DNA of 64,000 bases from an uncultured Thermoanaerobaculia bacterium (GCA_964560325.1 CAZLLV010000561.1:486-64485); one strand, 5' to 3'; shown: positions 1 to 9,353, numbered from the stretch's first letter. Notes: a model not told the origin generated them from the sequence alone. Translations and numbers: made by a program.

Positions 1-1
1 G

Positions 2-613
2 CGGGGCGGTGCCGCCTGGGTCCAGCTCCGCGCCAAGCGGCTCGGCGACGCCGAGCTGCTCCTCCACGCCCGCGCCTGCAAGGACGCCCTCGCCGATCAG
101 GTCCGGCCGGACGGACGGCGTACCGCTCTCTGGATCGACGATCGCGCCGACGTGGCGGCGCTGGTGGGCGCCGACGGCGTGCACGTGGGGCAAGACGATC
201 TGCCGCCGGCTTCCGTGCGGCGGGTGGTTGGGCCGGGCTGCCGGATCGGTCGCTCGACCCATGACCGCGCCCAGATCGAGGAGGCGATCGCCGACCCGGA
301 GGTCGACGTGATCGCCGTCGGCCCGGTCTACGCAACGACGAGCAAGGAGCGGCCCGACCCGGTGGTCGGTCTCGAGCTGCTGCGCTGGGCGCGGGCGCGC
401 ACGGACAAGCCGCTGGTGGCGATCGGCGGCATCGACGAGCGCCGCCTGCCGGAGGTGCTGGCCGCCGGAGCGGACGCCGCCGCCGTCCTCGGCGCCGTCT
501 GCCGGCCGGCCGGAGGCGATTCCGAGGGGGCGGGCGTCGAGGCGATCGAGCAAGCCGTCCGCCGGCTCGTGGGCGCCGCGCCGGCGGACCGACGGGAGAG
601 GAGAACGGGATGA
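2..613 (+). CDS. thiE: thiamine-phosphate synthase (5' partial; gene starts upstream of window)
   Basis: Frame-2 translation from nt 2 reads RGGAAWVQLRAK...ADGVHVGQDDLP...VIAVGPVYATTSK...AIGGI, matching ThiE phosphate/HMP-binding motifs. The stop overlaps the next gene's start as ATGA. Confidence 0.8.
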   Translation, partial: RGGAAWVQLRAKRLGDAELLLHARACKDALADQVRPDGRRTALWIDDRADVAALVGADGVHVGQDDLPPASVRRVVGPGCRIGRSTHDRAQIEEAIADPEVDVIAVGPVYATTSKERPDPVVGLELLRWARARTDKPLVAIGGIDERRLPEVLAAGADAAAVLGAVCRPAGGDSEGAGVEAIEQAVRRLVGAAPADRRERRTG

Positions 614-2124
614 GCACGAGCGAGCAGTTCGGCAGTCGCTGGGGGCTGGTCCTCGCCACGCTGGGCATGGCGGTCGGGACCGGCAACATCTGGCGCTTCC
701 CGCGGATCGCGGCGACCAACGGGGGCGGCGCCTTCCTGGTCGCCTGGGTCGTCTTCCTCCTCCTCTGGTCGGTGCCGCTGATGATGGTCGAGTTCTCGTT
801 CGGCAAGCGCGCGCGCAAGGGGCCGATCGGCGCCTTCGCGTCGCTCACCGGCCGCGGCACGGCCTGGATGGGCGGCTGGGTGGCGGCCTGCGCCATCCTC
901 ATCATGTTCTACTACTCGGTGGTGACCGGCTGGTGCTTCCGCTACCTCTTCGCCGCCGTCACCGGCGAGCTCGGGTTGGGCGAGCCGGGGGAGTTCTGGC
1001 AGGCGTTCACCGGCTCCTACCAACCGATCTTCACGCACCTCCTGGCGCTCGGCGCCGCGGTGAGCGTGGTCTGGTTCGGTGTCCGCGGCATCGAGCGGGT
1101 GGCGAAGTTGCTGATCCCCACCCTCTTCGTCCTGGTGCTGATCCTGGCGGTGCGCGCGGTCACCCTCCCCGGGGCCGAGGCGGGGCTCGAGTTCCTGTTC
1201 TCGCCGAACTGGTCCGACCTCGCGGAGCCGGGGATCTGGATCCAGGCGCTGACCCAGAACGCCTGGGACACGGGCGCCGGCTGGGGCCTGATCGTCGCCT
1301 ACGCGGTCTACATGCGCTCGCGCGAGGACGTGCCGCTCAACGCCTTCCTGATCGGCTTCGGCAACAACAGCGTCTCGCTGCTGGCCGGCATCATGGTGCT
1401 GTGCACGGTGTTCGCCATCAACCCGGCGGCGCAGAGCGAGATCGTCGGCGCGGGCAACGAGGGGCTCACCTTCATCTGGATGCCGCAGCTCTTCGCCTCG
1501 ATGCCGGCCGGCGGGCTGTTCATGATCCTCTTCTTCCTGGCGCTCTCCTGCGCCGCGCTGACCAGCCTGATCTCGATGCTCGAGCTCGGCACCCGCGTGC
1601 TGGTCGACCGCGGCTTCGAGCGCAGGAAGGCGCTCCTCGGCATCGGCGCGGCGGCGCTCGTCTTCGGCACGCCGTCGGCGCTCTCCCTCACCTTCTTCGC
1701 CAACCAGGATTGGGTGTGGGGCGTCGGGCTGATGCTCTCCGGCCTCTTCTTCGCGCTCGGTGCGCGCAAGTTCGGGCTCGAGAAGCTCCGCCGGGAGGCG
1801 ATCAACGCGCCCGGCGCCGACCTCCACGTCGGCCGCTGGTGGACCTTCCTGGTCGGAGTCCTGATCCCGGTCGAGGCGATCGTGCTGATGGTCTGGTGGC
1901 TCTGGGCCGCGCGCGGCTGGGACCCGCAGGGATGGCTGAACCCGTTCGCCGCCACCACCGCCGGCACCGTGCTCGCGCAGTGGGCGGTGCTGCTGGTGGC
2001 GCTCCTGGCCGCCAACCGCTGGCTGGCCCGCTCGGCCGACACCGCCGGTGCCGGTGACGATCCGGTGGCCGCCGGCCGTCGCGTCTCGGCGCCGCCGCAC
2101 ACTGAAGTAGGGGAGGACCGATGA
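610..2124 (+). CDS. neurotransmitter:sodium symporter (NSS/SNF) family transporter
   Basis: 504 aa with the GTGNIWRFP signature near the N-terminus and about 11-12 hydrophobic helices. The start ATG overlaps the thiE stop. Confidence 0.9.
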   Translation: MSTSEQFGSRWGLVLATLGMAVGTGNIWRFPRIAATNGGGAFLVAWVVFLLLWSVPLMMVEFSFGKRARKGPIGAFASLTGRGTAWMGGWVAACAILIMFYYSVVTGWCFRYLFAAVTGELGLGEPGEFWQAFTGSYQPIFTHLLALGAAVSVVWFGVRGIERVAKLLIPTLFVLVLILAVRAVTLPGAEAGLEFLFSPNWSDLAEPGIWIQALTQNAWDTGAGWGLIVAYAVYMRSREDVPLNAFLIGFGNNSVSLLAGIMVLCTVFAINPAAQSEIVGAGNEGLTFIWMPQLFASMPAGGLFMILFFLALSCAALTSLISMLELGTRVLVDRGFERRKALLGIGAAALVFGTPSALSLTFFANQDWVWGVGLMLSGLFFALGARKFGLEKLRREAINAPGADLHVGRWWTFLVGVLIPVEAIVLMVWWLWAARGWDPQGWLNPFAATTAGTVLAQWAVLLVALLAANRWLARSADTAGAGDDPVAAGRRVSAPPHTEVGEDR

Positions 2125-2255
2125 GCGCTTCCGCCCTGGTCGTGATGATCGTGATCTGCTCGCTGATCTGGGGCGGGTTCGCCACGCTCCTGGTGCGCGC
2201 CGTGCGCCGGGAGAGCGGCAAGGCGGCGGAGCATCCACCCCAGCCGTCGCCCTGA
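2121..2255 (+). CDS. 44-aa small membrane protein coupled to the NSS transporter (MetS-like NSS small subunit)
   Basis: ATGA overlap with the transporter stop. It has a single TM helix, MSASALVVMIVICSLIWGGFATLLV, and the position matches known NSS plus small-subunit pairs. It is not in the ORF track because it is below the length cutoff. Confidence 0.5.
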   Translation: MSASALVVMIVICSLIWGGFATLLVRAVRRESGKAAEHPPQPSP

Positions 2256-2289
2256 GGGTCGGAGAGGAGCCGTTGGAGCGACCGGTGTC

Positions 2290-2799
2290 ATGCGCGTGTT
2301 CCTGACCGGCTTCATGGGCTCGGGGAAGACGACCGTGGGGCGGCTCCTGTCGGAGCGGCTGGAGCTGCCGTTCATCGACCTCGACCACGAGATCGAGCGC
2401 TGCGCCGACATGACTGTCACCGAGATCTTCCGGCAAGGAGGCGAGCCGCTCTTCCGGCGGCTGGAGCAGGACGTGCTCGCTTCGTGCGTGGCCGCCGAGC
2501 CCGAGTCGGTGCTCGCCACCGGCGGCGGCACCCTCACCGTCGAGCGCAACCGTCGCCTGCTCGCCGACAGCGGCGTCTCGGTCTGGCTCGACCCGCCCTT
2601 CTCGGTCATCACCGAGCGGATCGGCGGCCTCGGAAAGCTCGACCGGCCGCTCTTCCGGGACGCGTCGCAGGCGCTCGAGCTCTACCGCCGGCGGCTGCCG
2701 ATCTACCGCCGCGCGGACCTGCGGCTGGAGGTCGACCGGGAAGAGGCGCCCGAGGAGGTCGCGGCGCGCCTCGCGCTGCTGCTCGAGGGCCGCTCGTGA
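2290..2799 (+). CDS. aroK: shikimate kinase
   Basis: 169 aa with the GFMGSGKTTVGR P-loop and shikimate kinase core motifs. Confidence 0.9.
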   Translation: MRVFLTGFMGSGKTTVGRLLSERLELPFIDLDHEIERCADMTVTEIFRQGGEPLFRRLEQDVLASCVAAEPESVLATGGGTLTVERNRRLLADSGVSVWLDPPFSVITERIGGLGKLDRPLFRDASQALELYRRRLPIYRRADLRLEVDREEAPEEVAARLALLLEGRS

Positions 2800-3539
2800 A
2801 GTACCTCGTGCTGTCGGACATGCACGGCAACGAGGCCGCGCTCCGGGCGGTGCTGCGCCGGGTGCGGCGCAAGCGCTTCGACGCGACGCTGGTGCTCGGC
2901 GACCTGGTGGGCTACGGCGGCGCTCCGAACCAGGTGGTGGAGCTCGTCCGCGAGTTGCCGGGGAAGGTCTTCGCGGTGCGCGGCAACCACGACAAGGTGG
3001 CGGTGGGGATCGACTCGGGCGAGAGCTTCAACCAGGTCGCGCGTCTCGCGGCCCACTGGACCGCCGAGCGGCTGACGCCGGCGAACGCCCGGTCCGTGCG
3101 CGACCTGCCGCGCGGGCCGATGGAGGTCGCCGACGGCGTCGCCATCTGCCACGGCGCGCCGACCGACGAGGACCGCTACCTCTTCTCCGACCGCGACGCG
3201 GCGGAGGTGTTCGTGCAGTGGAACGTGCCGCTCACCTTCTTCGGCCACACGCACGTGACCTCGGTCTTCACTCTCGAAGGGCGGGCGGTCCGGGTGCGCC
3301 AGCTCGCCGGAGAGAGGGGGGAGCTGGCGATCGACCCGGCGCACCGCTACCTGGTGAACCCGGGCTCGATCGGGCAGCCGCGCGACGGCGATCCGAGGGC
3401 GTCGTACATGACCTACGACAGCGACCGGCGGCTGGTGCGCTGGTACCGGCTCGAGTATCCCGTGGAGCGGGCCCGGAAGCGCATCCTCCGCGCCGGCCTG
3501 CCCGAGGTGCTGGCGAACCGCCTGGTCGTCGGGATGTAG
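2796..3539 (+). CDS. metallophosphoesterase (Metallophos_2 / YfcE-like)
   Basis: GTG start overlapping the aroK stop (GTGA). Motifs LVLSDMHGN, LGDLVGYG, RGNHD and FGHTHV are present. Confidence 0.75.
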   Translation: MKYLVLSDMHGNEAALRAVLRRVRRKRFDATLVLGDLVGYGGAPNQVVELVRELPGKVFAVRGNHDKVAVGIDSGESFNQVARLAAHWTAERLTPANARSVRDLPRGPMEVADGVAICHGAPTDEDRYLFSDRDAAEVFVQWNVPLTFFGHTHVTSVFTLEGRAVRVRQLAGERGELAIDPAHRYLVNPGSIGQPRDGDPRASYMTYDSDRRLVRWYRLEYPVERARKRILRAGLPEVLANRLVVGM

Positions 3540-3547
3540 AACGGCGC

Positions 3548-3688
3548 TCCCCTTGTCATCCCGAGCGAGAGCGAGGGATCTGGGGGCGAGGGGGACGCGA
3601 TTCAGGAGCGAGCTTGCCGAGATCGTGCCGTATACCGCGCCACCCCCCGCCCAGGTCCTTCGCTCTCGCTCAGGATGACAGGGGAGTC
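3548..3688. repeat. imperfect long inverted repeat (about 32-nt arms, about 70-nt spacer) between convergent genes
   Basis: Arm 1, cccttgtcatcccgagcgagagcgagggatctg, is the reverse complement of arm 2, caggtccttcgctctcgctcaggatgacagggg, with about 28 of 32 positions matching. The second arm overlaps the 3' end of ccmF. Confidence 0.5.
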
Positions 3689-5961
3689 TGCGATGGGTCC
3701 GGCGTCGGCCGCATCGCCTGGCGCAGGCGGTTGAAGATCGCGAGCGCGCCGCCGGCCAGCACCACGTAGAGCCCGAGCCAGACGAGCTGGATCAGCGGCT
3801 TCTCGGTCACGTCGATCGACAGCGTCGGCGGCGTGCCCTCGGTCGAGAGCCCCGGCGCGCCCTCGACCGCCAGCCGGACCAGCCCGTCGCGCGGAGAGAG
3901 GCCCGCCACCCGCACCGTGCCCCCGGCCGGCAGAGCCGCGGGCGGAGTCGAAACCATCCCGCGCGCCTGGTCGATCTCGTAGAGCGGCAGCACCGTACCG
4001 TCGCCACCCGCCGGGCCCCGCACGTCGAGCTGCACGCCGAGCGTCACGTTGCCCCCGGCCGCCATCTGGGTGAGCGCGTCACCGCCACCCACGCCGAGGT
4101 CGAAGCCGGCGAAGCGGAGCTGATAGTCGCCCACGTCCATCGACTGCCCCTGCCGCAGCTCGACCAGCTTGCCGGCGTCCGCCGGCTCGCCCGGGTCGTA
4201 CTGGAGCGGCGAGACGTAGAAGTCCGCGAGCGGCGTCGTCCGCACGTGCGGGTTCATCATGAGCTGGCCCGACCGCTCGTTGCGGAAGAAGCGCGGGTAG
4301 GAGCGGAAGGTCTTCCCGTCCGCCTCCTCGACGTCGATCACCAGCGTGTCCTTGTCGCGCGGGGAGGTCTTCTCCAGGAAGCCGACGAAGGTGAGCGTCC
4401 GGTCGCCGACCTGGCGGGGCTGATCGAGGGCGAGCGAAACCTTGGTGCTCTGATCGTAGCCGCCGGAGGCGACGAAGCCGAGGAGCATGACGCCGACGCC
4501 GACGTGCGACAGGTACCCGCCGGCCGCCTGCAGACCCTGCAGCCGCGCCTTGGCGATCACCTTGTGGAGGTTCGCCACCAGCGCCGCAAGCGCCAGGAAG
4601 ACGTAGAGGACGTGGAACGGGTCGCGCACCGCGACGATCGCCGCGGCGCTCGTCAGCACGGCGGCGACGGCGAGCGACGGTGCCAGCTTGCGGAACAGCT
4701 TGCCGAGGCTCTCCTCGCCGCGCCAGGTCAGGTACGGCACGACCGACAGGAGCAGCGCGAGCAGGATCGCGATCGGCAGGTTCACCCGGTTGTAGAACTC
4801 CGGCCCCACCTGCCCCGGGTTCTCCATGAACGCGGTCAGCAGCGGCGCCGAGGTGCCGAAGGTGATGACCAGCGCCGAGGCGAAGACGGTGATCGTCGAC
4901 AGCACCACCGCCGTGCCGCGGGAGAACAGCGGGTCCTCGTTCGGCCGGGTCTCGACGCTCCGGAGCCGGGTGGCGAGCAGCACGACCGAGCCGATGCCGA
5001 AGAACGCCATCATGCCGATCAGCCAGCCCGAGATCCCGAGGTCGACGAAGCTGTGGACCGAGAAGTCGGCCAGCACGCCGGAGCGGGTCAGGAAGGTGCC
5101 GTAGAGAACCGCCACGAAGACCAGCGTGGCGAGCACGTAGTTGACCCGCCGGTACCGGTTGCGGGTTCGCTCGAGGTACAGGCCGTGGATCAGGATGGTG
5201 CCGAAGAGCCACGGGATGAGCGAGGCGTTCTCGACCGGGTCCCAGCCCCAGAAGCCGCCCCAGCCGAGCGTCTTGTAGGCCCAGTAGCCGCCCATCAGGA
5301 TGGCGAGCCCGAGGACCATGAAGCCGCCGAGCGCCCAGGGGAACGCCCGGCGCGCCCAGCCCTCGGAGTCCTTGCGCCAAAGCGCCGCCATGGCGAAGGC
5401 GAACGGCACGGCGGCCGACGCGTAGCCGATGAACATGATCGGCGGGTGGATCACCATCCAGTCGTCCTGGAGGAGCGGGTTCAGGCCCTTGCCGTCGAGC
5501 GGCGTCTCCCCGAGCATCACGAAGGGGCTCTCGCGCACCAGGATGAAGAGCAGGCCGATCGTCGTCAGCAGGTAGACGATCATCACCGTCGGCTCCTGCC
5601 GCCGGCCGGTCGTGCGGTAGAGGAGCACCCCGATCAGCACCGCCCAGAAGAGCCAGATCAGAAAGCTCCCCTTCTGGCCGGCCCAGAAGGCCGCGAACTG
5701 GTAGTGGATGGGCAGATCCAGGCCGGAGTACTGGTAGACGTACTCGATCCGGAAGTCCCGCGTGACGAGGGCGAAGCCGAGGACGACGGCCGCCATCACG
5801 ACCGAGAGGGCGTAGCAGTTGTAGGCGCGCCGCGCGAATCGGACGGCGCCGCCGTCGCCGCGGAGCACCAGCGAGTAGCCCCAGAGCGAGGTGAGAGCGA
5901 AGAGGAGCGCGCACCACATGGCGAGCGCCCCCGGCAGGTAGAGGCTGTTCAGGTACTCCAT
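3670..5961 (-). CDS. ccmF: cytochrome c-type biogenesis protein CcmF (heme lyase subunit)
   Basis: 763 aa polytopic membrane protein with the CcmF/NrfE WGGxWxWDPVEN tryptophan-rich motif (WGGFWGWDPVENASL) and conserved His residues. Confidence 0.9.
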   Translation of the reverse strand: MEYLNSLYLPGALAMWCALLFALTSLWGYSLVLRGDGGAVRFARRAYNCYALSVVMAAVVLGFALVTRDFRIEYVYQYSGLDLPIHYQFAAFWAGQKGSFLIWLFWAVLIGVLLYRTTGRRQEPTVMIVYLLTTIGLLFILVRESPFVMLGETPLDGKGLNPLLQDDWMVIHPPIMFIGYASAAVPFAFAMAALWRKDSEGWARRAFPWALGGFMVLGLAILMGGYWAYKTLGWGGFWGWDPVENASLIPWLFGTILIHGLYLERTRNRYRRVNYVLATLVFVAVLYGTFLTRSGVLADFSVHSFVDLGISGWLIGMMAFFGIGSVVLLATRLRSVETRPNEDPLFSRGTAVVLSTITVFASALVITFGTSAPLLTAFMENPGQVGPEFYNRVNLPIAILLALLLSVVPYLTWRGEESLGKLFRKLAPSLAVAAVLTSAAAIVAVRDPFHVLYVFLALAALVANLHKVIAKARLQGLQAAGGYLSHVGVGVMLLGFVASGGYDQSTKVSLALDQPRQVGDRTLTFVGFLEKTSPRDKDTLVIDVEEADGKTFRSYPRFFRNERSGQLMMNPHVRTTPLADFYVSPLQYDPGEPADAGKLVELRQGQSMDVGDYQLRFAGFDLGVGGGDALTQMAAGGNVTLGVQLDVRGPAGGDGTVLPLYEIDQARGMVSTPPAALPAGGTVRVAGLSPRDGLVRLAVEGAPGLSTEGTPPTLSIDVTEKPLIQLVWLGLYVVLAGGALAIFNRLRQAMRPTPDPSQTPLSS

Positions 5962-5980
5962 CAGGTCGGCGATCCGGCTC

Positions 5981-6391
5981 CTAGCCGTACGACTTCGTTT
6001 CGGTCGCGCCCTCTTCGAGACCCTGGTACTTGCTCGGGCACTTGACCAGCAGCTTCTCGGCCTCGAAGGCGCCCGCGTCGGCTGAGTAGCGGCCGATCGC
6101 CACGATCGAGACGGCGTCCTCGAAGTTGGCCGGCTTCAGGCCCTCGTAGCGCACCGGCAGGGTGTCGCCGCTCTCCTCGTCGACCAGCTCGAAGTGGAGC
6201 GCGTGGCTGGTGTCGTCGTACGATGAGCTGCCCTGGCCGAGCCCGCCCGCGACCTGCACCACGCGCTCGGTCGTGCGCGCCTGCTCGAACGGCACGTACG
6301 GCGTCAAGGACTGCTGGAACGAGGCGAGCGCGAAGCCCGAGAAGGCCAGCACGAGCACGCTGCCCAGGATGTAGAGGTGGCTCTTTTTCAT
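5981..6391 (-). CDS. ccmE: cytochrome c maturation heme chaperone CcmE, variant with CxxxY in place of HxxxY
   Basis: N-terminal TM anchor followed by an OB-fold region. The heme-binding position reads LLVKCPSKY, a CxxxY motif. The ATG overlaps the ccmD stop and is preceded by a GGAG RBS. Confidence 0.85.
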   Translation of the reverse strand: MKKSHLYILGSVLVLAFSGFALASFQQSLTPYVPFEQARTTERVVQVAGGLGQGSSSYDDTSHALHFELVDEESGDTLPVRYEGLKPANFEDAVSIVAIGRYSADAGAFEAEKLLVKCPSKYQGLEEGATETKSYG

Positions 6392-6555
6392 CGGATCTCC
6401 GCCTTTCCGTCGGCACGCGGCTTCCACGCGCCCTCGAGCGTCCGCACCTTGCGGCCGAGCCGCAGGAGGTAGAGGAACAGCCCGGTCCAGATCAGGAAGT
6501 TGACCGCCGCGAAGGCAGCCTTGACCGCGGTCGAGATGGTGTTGGCGTCTTCCAT
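6388..6555 (-). CDS. ccmD: heme exporter protein CcmD (55 aa)
   Basis: Translation MEDANTISTAVKAAFAAVNFLIWTGLFLYLLRLGRKVRTLEGAWKPRADGKAEIR has a single TM helix. It sits between ccmC and ccmE, and its stop overlaps the ccmE start. Confidence 0.55.
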   Translation of the reverse strand: MEDANTISTAVKAAFAAVNFLIWTGLFLYLLRLGRKVRTLEGAWKPRADGKAEIR

Positions 6556-6571
6556 TAGCTTACAGAGCTCC

Positions 6572-7270
6572 TCAACCGGCCCGATCGGCCGCAGGATTCC
6601 TCTCGAGGCGGCCGGCCTCTTCCCGGTCCGCGAGGACGGCCACTCGGGTTGCCAGACTGTGGACCCAGAAGAATAGCACCGTAAACCCGAGCGAGGCGGC
6701 GAGCAGCAGATAGAGGATCTGCGGGTCCATGCCCACGTCCATCTCTTCGTTGATCACCGGCTCCGGGTGCAGCGAGTCGAACATCCGCGGCATCACGAAG
6801 AGCAGGAACGGCGCGACCACCAGGCCGAGGACGGCGTAGGCGCCGGTCACCCGGCCCCGCACCTCCTGGTCGGCGATCTGGTCGCGCAGCGCGAGGTACG
6901 CGGCGTAGTAGACGAGCAGCATGGTGATCGAGATCTGCCGCGGGTCCCAGTTCCAGAAGGCGCCCCACTCGACGCGCGCCCAGATCGAGCCGGAGAGGGT
7001 CGCGAGCAGGCAGAAGACCAGTCCGAGCCCGATCGCCGTGGCGGCCGCCAGGTCGTGCCGGCGATCCCGTCCCTTCAGATAGCGGATGCTCCAGATCCCG
7101 GCGGCGCAGAAGGCGATGAGCGACGTCCACGCCATCGGCACGTGGAAGAAGAGGATGCGGGCCGACTCGCCGCCGCCGACGAACCCCTGCATCCGGGGCG
7201 CGCCCACGTAGGCGAGGACGACGCAGGCTCCGATCCAGAGCCAGAGGAACCATGGAAGAATCTGTCGCAT
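6572..7270 (-). CDS. ccmC: heme exporter protein CcmC
   Basis: Real start is MRQILPWF at 7270. The ORF-track N-terminus is an R/A/G-rich artefact. WGxxWxWD-type motif present (WGAFWNWDPRQ), with six TM helices. Confidence 0.85.
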   Translation of the reverse strand: MRQILPWFLWLWIGACVVLAYVGAPRMQGFVGGGESARILFFHVPMAWTSLIAFCAAGIWSIRYLKGRDRRHDLAAATAIGLGLVFCLLATLSGSIWARVEWGAFWNWDPRQISITMLLVYYAAYLALRDQIADQEVRGRVTGAYAVLGLVVAPFLLFVMPRMFDSLHPEPVINEEMDVGMDPQILYLLLAASLGFTVLFFWVHSLATRVAVLADREEAGRLERNPAADRAG

Positions 7271-7368
7271 CGGGTGTTCTCTCAAGGTGCGTCCCGGGGG
7301 CAGGACGTGACGGTATCGCGTCGGACGGCCGCGTGCACCACCCCACGGGACGGGGCGCCGGCCGAGCC

Positions 7369-8055
7369 TCAAGGGTTCCAGATGACCGGGAAGAGCATCA
7401 GCCCCGCCACGGTCAGGGTGGCATCGTACAGGACCAGAGCCTGCATCTCCTCTCCCGGCGGCTCGCCGGCGACCGCCGCGCGGGTGAGCTGGACGGCGAA
7501 GAAGAGCCCGGGCACCAGCACGGGTAGCAGGAGGACCGCGAAGAGCGCGCTCTTGCTGCGCGCTTGCGCCACCATCGCCGCCACCAGGGTGCTGCCCGCG
7601 GCGAGGCCGTAGCCGCCCGCCGCGAGCGCCGCCACCAGCAGGAGCGGCCGGCGCGCCTCGAGCTGGACCATCGCCAGGAAGAGCGGCGTGATCAGCGCCT
7701 CCAGCAGCAGCACGACGGTCAGCCCGTAGAGGAGCTTGCCGGCGAAGAGCGCCGACGGCGTGGCCGCGAGCCGCAGGGCGGTGGCGGTGTGAGTCTCCTC
7801 CTCGGCCACGAAGATCCGCGGCAGACCCGCGGTGACGGCGAACAGCACGATCAGCCAGAGGACGACGGGCAGCACCGTGACCGCGATCTGCGGCACGGTG
7901 CCGAGCGAGCCGAGCACCAGGCTCACCACCACGAGCGTGGTGAAGGCGAACAGGCCGAGGGTGTTCAAGGCATAGCGGGTGCGGTACTCGCACCGCCAGT
8001 CCTTGACGAAGACCGCCGCGGCCTCAGCCGCCCAGCGCGAGGCGCGACCGGACAT
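7369..8055 (-). CDS. ccmB: heme exporter ABC permease CcmB
   Basis: 228 aa, six TM helices, located between ccmA and ccmC. Starts MSGRASRW at 8055. Confidence 0.8.
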   Translation of the reverse strand: MSGRASRWAAEAAAVFVKDWRCEYRTRYALNTLGLFAFTTLVVVSLVLGSLGTVPQIAVTVLPVVLWLIVLFAVTAGLPRIFVAEEETHTATALRLAATPSALFAGKLLYGLTVVLLLEALITPLFLAMVQLEARRPLLLVAALAAGGYGLAAGSTLVAAMVAQARSKSALFAVLLLPVLVPGLFFAVQLTRAAVAGEPPGEEMQALVLYDATLTVAGLMLFPVIWNP

Positions 8056-8668
8056 TCGGGATCTCCAGTGGACCGGGGTTGGCGACGACGGCGAGACCGC
8101 CGCCTTCGAGGTGGCGCGCGAGCAGCTCGGTCCCCTGGTCGATGCCGGGGCGGTCGAGGTTCTGGAACGGCTCGTCGAGGAGCAGCAGACGGGGCCGCGC
8201 GAGGAGCGCCCAGGTCCACCGCAGGCGCTGGCGCATGCCGGACGAGAGCGCCCCCGCCGGCCGGTCGTGGGGGAGACCGACCAGGTCGAGCAGCTCGCCG
8301 GCGCGCGACTCCGGCACATCGCGGAGGCGGCAGAAGAAGCGAAGGTTCTCGAGCGTCGTCAGCTCCTCGTAGAGAGCGAGGTCGGGCGCCACGAAGCCGA
8401 CCGCTCGCCGGCGCGCCGCGATGTCGAGCGCCACGCCGTCCTCGCGGTACTCCACCGTGCCGCGCTCCGGGGCGAGCAGCCCGGCGAGCACGCGCAGCAG
8501 CGTCGACTTGCCCGAGCCGTTCGAACCGACCACCAAAAGCGCCTCCCCCGGTCCCACTTCGCCCGACACCCCCGTCAGCACGTGAAGCGGCCCGAACCTG
8601 CGGTGCAGGTCGTCGAAGAGCAGGTGAGCGGACGCATCGGCGGAGGGCACGGGCCGGGAGCGTAGCAA
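8024..8668 (-). CDS. ccmA: heme exporter ATP-binding protein CcmA
   Basis: Walker A GSNGSGKST, ABC signature LSSGMRQR and Walker B LLLLDEP. Overlaps the ccmB start. Confidence 0.85.
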   Translation of the reverse strand: MLRSRPVPSADASAHLLFDDLHRRFGPLHVLTGVSGEVGPGEALLVVGSNGSGKSTLLRVLAGLLAPERGTVEYREDGVALDIAARRRAVGFVAPDLALYEELTTLENLRFFCRLRDVPESRAGELLDLVGLPHDRPAGALSSGMRQRLRWTWALLARPRLLLLDEPFQNLDRPGIDQGTELLARHLEGGGLAVVANPGPLEIPNVRSRLALGG

Positions 8669-8690
8669 AGCGGCTCGGCCGGAGGCGTCT

Positions 8691-8978
8691 TCAGGCGGCC
8701 GAGAGAGGGCGCACCTTCAGACTGCCGCGCTTCTTCTCGGCCTGCCAGAGGTCGTACTGGATCTGCTGAGCGAGCCAGCTCTCGGCTGTGGTGTCGAACG
8801 CCACGGAGAGCCGCACCGCCATCTCGGGGCTGATGCCGGCGCGGCCGTTGAGGATCGCGGAGAGGGTCTTGCGGCTCACGTCGAGCGCGCGGGCGGCCTC
8901 GGTCACGGTCAGGCCGAGCGGCTCCAGGCAGAGCTCGCGCAGGACCTCGCCGGGATGCGGTGGATCGTGCATCTGCAT
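8691..8978 (-). CDS. higA: HigA-family antitoxin (XRE-type HTH)
   Basis: 95 aa: [50 protein letters not shown]...YDLW. Lies immediately downstream of the toxin gene. Confidence 0.8.
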   Translation of the reverse strand: MQMHDPPHPGEVLRELCLEPLGLTVTEAARALDVSRKTLSAILNGRAGISPEMAVRLSVAFDTTAESWLAQQIQYDLWQAEKKRGSLKVRPLSAA

Positions 8979-8989
8979 GCTCTTCACCT

Positions 8990-9271
8990 CTAGTGGTAGT
9001 CCTCGTAATCGACGCGGTCCACGTCGTCGCCATCGAACTCGAAGGTCACCCGCCAGTTGCCGCTCACCACCACCGACCACCGGCCCTTCCCGCTCCCTTT
9101 GAGCGCGTGCAGCCGGAGCCCGGGCAGGTCCATGTCGCGGGGCTCGTTCGCGACGGCGAGACGACCGAGGATCAGGCGTAGTCGCTTCGCATGCTGCGCC
9201 TGGATCTTGGCGGTGCTTCCGCGCGTGAAGAACGCTTCGAGGCCCTTGTGCCGGAAGCCGCGGATCGCCAT
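8990..9271 (-). CDS. higB: HigB-family toxin (RelE/ParE superfamily plasmid maintenance killer)
   Basis: 93 aa: [38 protein letters not shown]...GNWRVTFEF. Toxin-first HigBA gene order. Confidence 0.8.
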   Translation of the reverse strand: MAIRGFRHKGLEAFFTRGSTAKIQAQHAKRLRLILGRLAVANEPRDMDLPGLRLHALKGSGKGRWSVVVSGNWRVTFEFDGDDVDRVDYEDYH

Positions 9272-9353
9272 ACGCCGAGCGTAACGCGATACGTCTCAGG
9301 TTACAAGTACCGGCGTCGCTTGAGGGCCGGGCAGTGGCGGTACAGAATGCCCC

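Noticed and set aside
6572-7993. A single 473-aa CcmC ORF
   Set aside because: The N-terminal 240 aa are an R/A/G-rich artefact overlapping ccmB. The true CcmC starts at MRQILPWF (7270).
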